Under the pieces are notes generated by a model, which saw nothing but the letters and a program-made list of their open reading frames with translations, did not search any database and was not told the DNA's origin. From positions 224,001 to 288,000 of the forward strand of contig CAWHCF010000023.1 in NCBI GenBank assembly GCA_963827655.1: a stretch of DNA of 64,000 nucleotides, written 5' to 3'. The stretch comes from an uncultured Acidobacteriota bacterium (lineage in GTDB: Bacteria; Acidobacteriota; UBA6911). Shown here piece by piece: positions 41,142 to 50,300 of this stretch. The stretch's first letter is position 1; each line of letters begins with the position of its first letter. Made by a program: the position numbers and the translations under genes.

Positions 41142-42683
41142 TCAGAGAATGTCGTGAATCACTCGGCCCGCAACATCGGTCAAGCGCATTTCGCGGCCGC
41201 TGAAGTGATAGGTCAGCCTGGTGTGGTCCAGGCCTAACAAGTGAAGAATCGTGGCGTGCAGGTCGTGGACGTGCACCTTATTCTCGATGGCAAAATAGCC
41301 GTATTCGTCGGTTGCGCCATAGATCGTTCCTCCCTTGACGCCTCCGCCGGCCAGCCACATGGTAAAACCGAAGGGGTTATGATCCCGGCCAACCTCCTTT
41401 ACGTAGCCCTCGTCCGGCAGCTGCGCGGTCGGCGTCCTCCCGAACTCCCCTCCCCAAAGCACCAGTGTCTCACCCAGCAGACCGCGAGTCTTCAGGTCCT
41501 TCAGGAGCGCGGCAATCGGCTTGTCGACCGCCTGCGCGTTGACTCGATGACCTGTCTCCAGGCTGCCGTGTTGATCCCACCGGTCGATGCCCTTCCTCGA
41601 GGGGGGAAGCAGTTCGACAAATCGCACCCCTCGCTCAACCATGCGGCGCGCCAGCAGGCACTGCCGGCCGAATTCTTCCGTATCCGGCTCGTCCAGCCCG
41701 TAGAGTTTCCGCGTGGCTTCCGATTCACTCTTCAGGTCCAACAATTCGGGGACTCCGGCCTGCATGCGGAACGCAAGCTCGTAGTTGGAAATCGTGGCTT
41801 CGAGCTCGCTTACCGCGCCCAGACGATCGAGCACACCCTGGTTGAGTTTGCCGAGGAGGCCGAGTTTGTTCGTCTGCAGCTCGGGGGCTTTCTCTCGCGC
41901 CTGGATATCCGCGATGGGATGCTCGCCGCGCCTGAACAAGGTTCCCTGGTATGATGCGGGGAGGAATCCGCTGCCGAACAGGTCGAGACCGCCCGGCGGA
42001 ATCAAGCCGCTCTCGAGCACGGCGAACCCGGGGAGGTTGTCACACTCACTCCCCAGGCCATAGTTAACCCAGGCGCCCATACTGGGCCGCCCCTGAAAGC
42101 CCGAACCGGAATGCATGAAGTAGTTCCCTGCCGTGTGCTCTGAATGATCCGCTACCATGGAGCGGATTATGACCATGTCATCGACGCACGTGGCGAGGTT
42201 GGGAAAAAGCTCGCTGACCTCCGCTCCGCACTGGCCATATTTCTTGAACTTGTACGGCGAGGGGAGAATCTTGTTGCTGATATTGAAAACCGTCGTTGGC
42301 GTCTCAAAAGGTATGGCCCGCCCGCTCTCCTTTTCGAGCCGCGGCTTTGGATCAAACGTGTCGATCTGAGAGGGTCCGCCGTCCATGAACAGGAAGATGA
42401 CCGATTTTGCTTTCGGCGCGTAATGAGGCGGTCGCGGAGCCAGAGGATTTCCGGCGCGAGCGGATGCTGCAGCGGCGAACTTGTCCGCCAGCAGATAAGC
42501 CAGCGCCAGCCCGCCAAAACCGTTGGCACACCGGCACAGCATTTCTCTGCGGCTCACTCCAGGCCTGGAAAGATCGACTCTATGGATTGACGATTTACGA
42601 TTGACGATTGACGATTGAATCCTACTTTCCTCAATCGTCAATCGTAAATCGTCAATCGTAAATCCCTTCGGATTACCGGACAT
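41142..42683 (-). CDS. DUF1501 (sulfatase-like, Tat) protein
   Basis: SRREML, IFLFMDGGPSQIDTFDPKP, RPSMGAWVNYGLGSE, WDQH, GEFGRTP, GRDH, HDLHATILHLLG. Confidence 0.9.
   Translation of the reverse strand: MSGNPKGFTIDDLRLTIEESRIQSSIVNRKSSIHRVDLSRPGVSRREMLCRCANGFGGLALAYLLADKFAAAASARAGNPLAPRPPHYAPKAKSVIFLFMDGGPSQIDTFDPKPRLEKESGRAIPFETPTTVFNISNKILPSPYKFKKYGQCGAEVSELFPNLATCVDDMVIIRSMVADHSEHTAGNYFMHSGSGFQGRPSMGAWVNYGLGSECDNLPGFAVLESGLIPPGGLDLFGSGFLPASYQGTLFRRGEHPIADIQAREKAPELQTNKLGLLGKLNQGVLDRLGAVSELEATISNYELAFRMQAGVPELLDLKSESEATRKLYGLDEPDTEEFGRQCLLARRMVERGVRFVELLPPSRKGIDRWDQHGSLETGHRVNAQAVDKPIAALLKDLKTRGLLGETLVLWGGEFGRTPTAQLPDEGYVKEVGRDHNPFGFTMWLAGGGVKGGTIYGATDEYGYFAIENKVHVHDLHATILHLLGLDHTRLTYHFSGREMRLTDVAGRVIHDIL
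42583..42666. repeat. Heptamer inverted tandem repeat (GATTGAC/GTCAATC) inside the DUF1501 N-terminus
   Basis: GATTGACGATTTACGATTGACGATTGACGATTGA ... TCAATCGTCAATCGTAAATCGTCAATCGTAAATC. Confidence 0.8.
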
Positions 42684-45600
42684 AGATGAACTCCGCCGAG
42701 TTGAGCAAAACATGGCACAGATCCGCCCACGCTTCACGGGACTCATCCCCGGTGCCGCCCGAACCGGAGAGATCCCGATACCTCGCGGCTTGCGATTCGA
42801 CGAACTGCAGGGCTTGCGCTATTTCCACGTTCTCCGGAGGCCGGCCAAAACCCGTCAGGTAAAGTCGTTCCACACGCTTCCGGTTGTCGTCTTCGGCGCC
42901 CATGATCCGGCGCGCCCATTCCCGCGCTTCAAGCGCAACCAATTCGTTGTTCATCATCAAGAGAGCCTGCGTCGGCACGGTTGAAACACTGCGGTTCCCG
43001 ATGGTCGAGATGGGAAGCGGGTAATCAAAAGCCAGGAACATGGGTGTAATGAAGTTTCGACGCACTTGAATGTAGACACTGCGTCTCCCGGCCCCGTCCA
43101 GCGGTCCCGATTCAGGCTTCCCTCGACCATCCTGATACTTGCTGATATGGGGCGGCACGCCCGGCCCGAACAGTTTCCCATCAAGCGTTCCCGCAACAGC
43201 GAGAATGGAATCGCGGATGACCTCGGCCTCCAGCCGCCGCACCGGCATGTGATGAAGGAGCTTGTTTTCGGGGTCGATCCCGGCAGCGGCTGTGTCGGCC
43301 TGGCTCGACATGCGATACGTGCTGCTCAGCAGGATCCTGCGCTGGATGGACTTCACCGACCATCCGCCTTCCCGGAATTGATGAGCAAGGTAGTCCAGCA
43401 ACTCCGGGTGGGTAGGACGATCTCCGGTTTTTCCGAAATTATCGGTCGAGCGAACAATTCCAGAGCCGAAGTGATGCTTCCAGACCCGATTGACCATGAC
43501 CCGCGCTGACAGTGAATTCGCCGGGTTTGAAACCCATTCGGCCAGCTGCAATCGTCCGCTCTGCTGAGCGACGGCGGGCTGATCGCGGCCCGCAATTACT
43601 TGCAGGAAACGCCGGGGGACTTCCTCTCCCAGGGTCTTGTGGTTTCCTCGAAGGTGAATCCGAATGTTGCGGGGATTCTCATCGCGCGCGACCATGGCAA
43701 ATGCAGATTCCGGCACCTCCCTCTCCAGCTCTGACCGGCGATTCTGAAGTTCGGCCAGCTTCGCCAGCTCCTGACCGGAAAGCAGGCAGGCAAGGTCTTC
43801 CAGTTTCCTCGTCGGACTGAACGCTGAGACCGTCCGGCGCGCGTCGTTATCCAACGTTCCGGTTCGCGCCCATGCGCTGCTGAATAGCTTCTGGTAGGCC
43901 TCCGCCAGCGCCTCCAGAGTCGTCACATCGGGCGTCCGGAGCAGCGACTCCACAAGCGCATTCGGGGGCGAAGTTTCGGACGGAGGTTGCTTCGAATCGG
44001 AGAGGACGATCTTGTCGACAGCGATATGACCCTCACGGCTGCGATCGACGATCTCAAAATAGCAGATCCGCCCGATCTCTTTCGTCAACCGCATCGTCTT
44101 CCACTGAAAATCGGGATTCCCGTCCGGCACGACGTGCAGGCTCTTGTGGCTATCGGCCACGATCGTAAGACGCAGCCTGGCCTTGTCTCCCCTCTGTGGT
44201 TCCTTGCTTCCCGCGATGCGCGCGTGAAGATAAAGCTTCGGCACCTTGAATTTCACGGAAGTCAGACTGCCAACGAGTTTGTCGGAGCCGCTGCCGAACG
44301 AACTTGCCGAACTTTCGCCGCGAAAGCCGCGCAGCTCCTGATTGGGAGGGACTTCGCGCGTCGGCCCTTCGCCGAAAGCCTGACCCGAGGCGCTCCACGC
44401 CTGATAGTCCGAGGCTTCGAAATCTTCGTAGAGAATCTCCTCCGAGGCCTTGCCATCGGCCGGCCTCACGCCGACTCGCTCGCTGAGACGTTTGCGGATA
44501 AGCGCCCAGTGCATCTGCGAAGGAAACGCCCTCCCTTGCCATATGCTCCACCGCCGCGGCGAACGGATAAAACAGGTGATCGGTTTCCTTTTGGGCCTGC
44601 TCAAGAGAACTTACCCAGGCTCGCAGCAACGCCTCATTCAGGCCGCCGGCCTTGGCCAATTGTTCCTCGCGCGACTTCTGTCCGTCTTTTTCTGAAGTGA
44701 GCACCCCGGCTGCCGCCACGAGGTAATCCTTCATCCGCTCCGCCAGCCTGGCCTGGGCCGGTTGAATCATCTCTCTGATCTGGTCGTTTGCATCTGAGAT
44801 CTTCCGGCGCAGCGAGGCAATCTGTCGAGAGCGCGCGGGCGCATCCACGACAGCCTCGGTGACGTCGGTGCTATGCATCATGCCGGCCAGGGCGTAATAG
44901 TCGGAGGTGGGGATGGGATCGAATTTGTGGTCGTGACAGCGGGCGCAGGCCACGGTCAAGCCCAAAAAGGCCTTGCTCAGAACATCGATCTGATTGTCCA
45001 CCTGGTCGGCGCGGGATTTCACCGAATCGGTCGCGCTGTTGAGCACCTCGCCAAACCAGTAGAAATTGGTGCCGAGGGGGGATTCCCAATAAGATCCGTC
45101 GGAACTGATCCGCTTTTCGGCTATGAGGTCTCCGGCGATGTGTTCCCTGACGAACTGATTGTAGGGAACATCATCGTTGAAAGCCCGAATGACGTAGTCC
45201 CGATAACGCCAGGCATCGAGCTTGTCATTGTCAAACTCGTGGCCGTTGGTTTCGGCAAAGCGCATCAGGTCGAGCCAGTGTCGTCCCCAGCGTTCGCCGT
45301 AATGAGGGGAAGCAAGGAGTCGATCCACTACCTTTTCGTATGCGCCGGCGGAATCATCCGACAAGAAGGTGTCGATCTCCTCGGGAGCCGGCGGCAAGCC
45401 GATCAAGTCAAAAGTGACACGACGGATCCAGGTACGCTTGTCGGCCGGCGGCGCAGGCTTCAGGCCTTTCTCCTCCAGTTTTGCGAGAATGAACCGATCG
45501 ATGGGAGAACTGGGCCAATCGCTCTGCTTGACAGTCGGTAGAGGCGGATTCTGAATCGGTTTGAAAGCCCAGAATTTCCGGCCCTCCTCCAGATCGATGC

Positions 45601-46042
45601 CCTTACGCTCCGCTTCCGTGGCCGGCACAGCTGCGGCAGTACGCGGGTCCGGAGCTCCCATCTTGATCCAGTCGATCAAGTCGGCGATCTGCTCGTCGGG
45701 CAGCTTGCCGTTGGGCGGCATCTTCAGATCGAGGTGCCTGTAGGAAATCGCCTGGATGAGAAGGCTTTTTTCCGGATCTCCGGGAACGATCGCCGGTCCT
45801 CGATCGCCTCCCTTCAGGAGACTGTCCCGAGCGTCCAACCGGAGGCCCCCCATCGGCGGTTTCGATGATGCGCTGTGGCAGAGATAGCACTTCTCAACCA
45901 GGACGGGGCGGATTTTCTTCTCGAAGAACTCCTCCTGCTGGGGATTTCCTGCGACTTCCACGTGCGAGTAAGGGAAAAGCAGGGCTGTGGCTAAAGCCAG
46001 TGCGGAAGCAAAGAATCCGAGTGCGGACCGAAGATTGCGCAT
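42673..46042 (-). CDS. Planctomycete-type cytochrome c / PSCyt2 (DUF1549) / PSD1 (DUF1553) protein, frameshift near 44500
   Basis: CYLCH, YGERWGRHWLD, CARCHDHKFDP in 44150..46138; ARVMVNRVW, THPELLDYLA, RRLEAE, EFIYVR in 42673..44604. Confidence 0.9.
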
Positions 46043-46238
46043 GAGGCGATGTTTTTTTGTTACCAGCCGACTTCCGTTAGCGGTCAGTAGTATCCCACGA
46101 ATCAGCGTTCCAGGCGAGGCATAATAGGCCACCACCAAGCCGCGAAGACGCCAAGGAATACAAAGGCGACCCTAGCGCGGCCTGATGCCTTCGATCGCGA
46201 CAGACTGATGTATGATAGGGTAACCGAGAAGATTACAA

Positions 46239-46586
46239 GTGAACGATACGACTTCCACGATTAACGACAGAGCCCAGGAAATAATCGGCGAGATGGTTCG
46301 CCGCATCGTTGAGCGCTTCCACCCGGAGAAGATCATCCTCTTCGGCTCGTACGCTCGCGGGACTGCGGGACCGGATAGCGATGTGGACCTTCTGGTCGTG
46401 ATGCCGGTTTCGGGGTCGAGAAGGAAGCTCGCTGGCGAAATTCAAACGGCAATTTCCGGAATGGGTCTCCCGAAAGATGTGATCGTCGTTACTCCAGAAG
46501 AAGTCGAGCGCGATCGCAATCTTGTCGGCACAATCATTCATCCGGCCTTGCGCGAGGGGAAAGTGCTCCATGACCGTTCCGTCTGA
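46239..46586 (+). CDS. Minimal nucleotidyltransferase (MNT antitoxin-like)
   Basis: PEKIILFGSYARG...DSDVDLLVV, D.IVVT, ALREGKVL. Confidence 0.9.
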   Translation: MNDTTSTINDRAQEIIGEMVRRIVERFHPEKIILFGSYARGTAGPDSDVDLLVVMPVSGSRRKLAGEIQTAISGMGLPKDVIVVTPEEVERDRNLVGTIIHPALREGKVLHDRSV

Positions 46587-46625
46587 GCTTTTGGAAGCGG
46601 TCAGAACCTGGATCAAGAACACACC
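46570..46625 (+). pseudogene. Probable 5' remnant of a HEPN toxin gene
   Basis: ATG overlapping the MNT 3' end gives MTVPSELLEAVRTWIK, resembling HEPN N-termini, then runs into the repeat. Confidence 0.5.
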
Positions 46626-46821
46626 GGGGCGTCCGTTAGGATGCTTCGCGTTTCTTGGTGTCTTCGAGTCTTCGTGGTTAGTGCGGCGGAACAAAACCAA
46701 CCACGAAGACACGAAGGCACGAAGAACCACTAAGAGCACTTTAGGTTACGCCTTCCGGGCCTCCTGCGTCGTAGCCGTAAGGTTGGTTTTGTTCTTGTCT
46801 TCGCGGTGAACGACTAACCGG

Positions 46822-47338
46822 TTAAATGATCGGTCTGGTTCCTATCCAGAAGATCAGGACATAGGCCACCCAGCCGATCAAGCACACGACGGCAGCGCGG
46901 GGGGTGCTCTGATAGTCCAGCGCCTGCCGCACGGCTATGATGTTGGCCACGAGCAACCAGACGGTGATCAGGAAAACCAGGAGCCACGCCGATAAGGGGG
47001 AGGATGCCTACAAACCGCAGTAATCCGGGGGCGCTGGCGAAACCGATCGTGCGCAGCATCTCCGGGATGTTCGATTTCGTCTGGGGCTCCGGCAGGAGCT
47101 TGGTGCCGATGAAATAAATCAGAACGGCCCAGATGGCCCACCCGATAAGCGACACGGCAGTCAGGCGCAACATCCCGGTGAAACCTCCAAGACCGTACGA
47201 GCCAAGGCCGGCAGCAAGGCTCGACAGTACGACGACCGCCATTGCCTGGCCGGTCGCCGCCGGGTCGCTCTCTACTTCTTCGAAGATTCGGACTTCCAGC
47301 TTTGCAGCCCCGATGACGCGTTCCCCGAAACTGGACAT
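46822..47338 (-). CDS. Yip1-family membrane protein, frameshift near 46985
   Basis: R.IGAAKL...FEEVESD..ATGQA, LRTIGFASAPG; second frame AVRQALDY.ST.RA..VC.IGW ending at TAA 46822. Confidence 0.8.
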
Positions 47339-47380
47339 ACGCTTTCCTCCCTCTCTGTACTCTGATGGTAAGACGGTTTC

Positions 47381-50300
47381 TTAAGACGGCCTCAGCACAA
47401 GCACGGGAGTAATCCGCTCCAGGGTCGAAGGCCCGCCATGCGAGAAGGCTCTGCCGTCAAGCCCAAGGCGGAATCCATGATCTCCAAAAACGACGACCGG
47501 TTGGCCAGGGTCGAGCCGCGGGACTATTCTCCTGAGGCCGACCTCCAGCTCGGCGCGGGTAAGGCGCGCAAGACTGTCGAGATCGGATCTCCGATTATGA
47601 ATCAGAGTATCGATACCATCCAACTTCTCGAACGGTTTCTGCAAGCCCTCGTCGATAAGAGCGCGGTAGAACTCGTCGGTCGAGGTTTGACGCGAAACCA
47701 GACCGAATTCAATCGCCTCCATTTTCCAGCGCGCCAGGCAATCACGCAGGGTTTCACGCACAGTCGCGAGCAGCGGAAGACCGAGCGCGTCGATCACGAT
47801 CCATTGCGCATTGAGATGGCGCCGAAGCACGCTGGCAAGGAGGCAAGGGGAAGGCGACAGCTCGATCTCAGCCAGCTGGTTGAGCCGCGTCAGCCAGAGT
47901 TGCGGCCGCAACTCCAGGAACCGCTCGTTCTGCTGGTAAAGGCTCGAGACTTTTTCGGCCAGGATTTCCGGAGATGCCGGCTGTTGAGGAGCCAGGAGCT
48001 CTAACGCCGCCGCGACCGCACCCCGGGATGGCCGGGACTTCGGCGCAGGCACGAGCCCGTCCAGAACCATAGACAGGATACGCCGGACGGCCTCCTCGCC
48101 CAGCTCCATCTGCTCGAGCTTGAGGAGACTCTCTTCCGCCACCCACTTGGGTTCAATAAGACCGGCGATGATGGATTGCTCCGCAGGCGAAAGAACGGCG
48201 GGCAGCGGGGAGCCATGCCTGAGAGCTTGTTCCGCAGCCCAAGCCAGAAGGTCGGTTCCCCGGGCAGGCTCGCGTCTCCGAAAGGTGATGCGCGATCCCA
48301 GACTGCTCAAGAAGCGCTCCAGTTCTTCGAGCAGGGCCGATTTTTCCCACAGCCGTTCTCCCAGGAGATCCACAAGTGTTTCGGCGCAGACTGTTTGAAC
48401 CAATTCAACACCCGAGAGGTGCTGATCGAAGAGCGACAGGTTTTCAACATCGGGATAGCCGGCCTTTCCTTCCAGGTAAGAGAGGGCCTGGGTGTTCAGT
48501 TCGAGCTTCTGGTCCACCCATTCCTGAATCCGCATCTTTACCTTATCCTGCTGGAAAAAGAGCTCGAGCTCCTGCTCGAGCCGTTTCTCGGCCTTTTCAA
48601 AGCGGCTCAATGTTTCACCCAGCGGGCTTTCTCGTCCATCGAATCCGCAACGGCAGACAGGCTGGAAATCCAGGGGACTCATTCCGGCGCAGCGCTCGGC
48701 CTGGGCCTTGGCTTTCAGGCTCTGAAGCTCGCTCACCAGATCCTGGGCCGCGAGATGGCGGCTGCGCGCCATGCGTGGGATCTGGTAAGACCATACCGCA
48801 TGACGGCCCACCGACTCGCGCCACTCTTCGTGGCGCCGGCGGTACCAGTGCCGGTATTTTTCATACACGGCTTGAGCCTGCGTCAACCACGCTTCGAGCT
48901 TTTCCGGCTGGGCCAGCGCGGGAGCCGGGCCCAGTGTCTCGAAGCCGGCGCGAACGCCCGGATCTTCGCAACCCGACAGGGAGGGATAGCCGAACAGGTG
49001 GCGGAAGCGCTGCGCTTCACGAAGGAGCTTCTCGAAGCGCGGCGGCAACGTCATCATCTCGCGCGCCTCGTTAACGAAGCGCGGGGGCGATCCTATGGCA
49101 AAAAGGAAATGCTGCAAGCCTTGCAGTTCATGCTCGCCCTTTTCCAGCGCCAGCCACGCGGCGATCAGCTTCTCAACCCGGTCGCTCAGGTCGCCGGTCT
49201 CTTGCTCCCTCTGCAGCTGAGCCAGAAAATCACCGAGCCGGTCCCGCTGGCTGCCGCCGAATTTTCGCAGCTGTTCGATCGCGCGCTTCTGCGCCAGCAC
49301 GGTCCACTGTTTGGGAATCGAGACATCGAAACCTTCACACAAGACTTCGAGGTCGCGAAGCTGGTTGAGAGTCAGGGCGCGGCCGGGGACGATCTTGTCG
49401 TATTGCAGTGGCTTGATCAGCGTCTGGTAAATCTCCCGATAGGAACGCTGCCCCTTGAGGATATCGATTTCCCCCTGGATCAGGAGAGTCAATAACAGCA
49501 GATGGATCTGATCCGGCACCAGGCCATAAACCGGGCCGGCGAGATTCTGATAAATGCGAGCCGGCGAGGGATGGTGTTCGAGAATAGGAGCGATCAGCCG
49601 GACCAGCTCGTGGCCGTCGAGCCTGGGATTCATCGCGTAGTCGGCCCCGCGCCGCTGCATCAAGCGCATCGGAACCAGGTAGGCCTCGCGGATCAGTTTC
49701 ACGAATTCGGGCGCCTCTTCCGCGCCCAGGTCGTGCTCGGTCGAGTACTTCATGAATTGACGGTACGCTTCCTTGGGGAGCGGGCCGTGGCTGGGAGCGA
49801 ATCGCTCGAAGAGCGGATAGGTCTGTCTCAGCAACCATTCACCGTAGGCGTTGAGCCACGCGGTTTGTCCCCCTTGCATCGCATCGATCGGCGCGCCTGT
49901 CTGGGCGCCGGTCGGATCGAACACAGCCGCATCGTTGTAGGCGGCGCGCACCAGAGAGGAAAACCAGGAGCTTCGCCCGGCAATGCGTTCCCCAACCTGC
50001 TGGAGCACGCGACCAGCCAACGGGCGCTCCCGCAGTTGATACAGCGCCGCCAGCTCGAGCACCTCGGGGCCGAGTTCCAGCTTTCGTGGCACAATCCTGA
50101 AACACCCGGTTCCTTCGGCCGGTGGCCCCCAGGGAATGCCAATTTGAAGGGCCGGACCGGCGGCTTCCGGCGGAGTGCCGCCGCCTAGATAGAACTGCAC
50201 CTCACGGTCGTGGAAGTACCAGCGCAGGTTGCGAGCATGCCAGCGATCCCGCGGGAGCGTAAAAGGATTAAAATCCGATCGCGCCAGGCTCTCGAGCAGG

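Larger units (their letters stand above)
46130..46810. repeat. Cluster of octamer (ACACGAAG-type) inverted repeats; arms 46130-46165 and 46644-46679 bracket the MNT gene
   Basis: Arms are 27/36 identical in inverted orientation; further arms at 46699-46735 and about 46795-46810. Confidence 0.65.

Noticed and set aside
46644-46810. Possible CRISPR array among the clustered repeats
   Set aside because: Units are 7-8 nt, degenerate and inverted; no constant 23-47 bp repeats with unique spacers and no cas genes.
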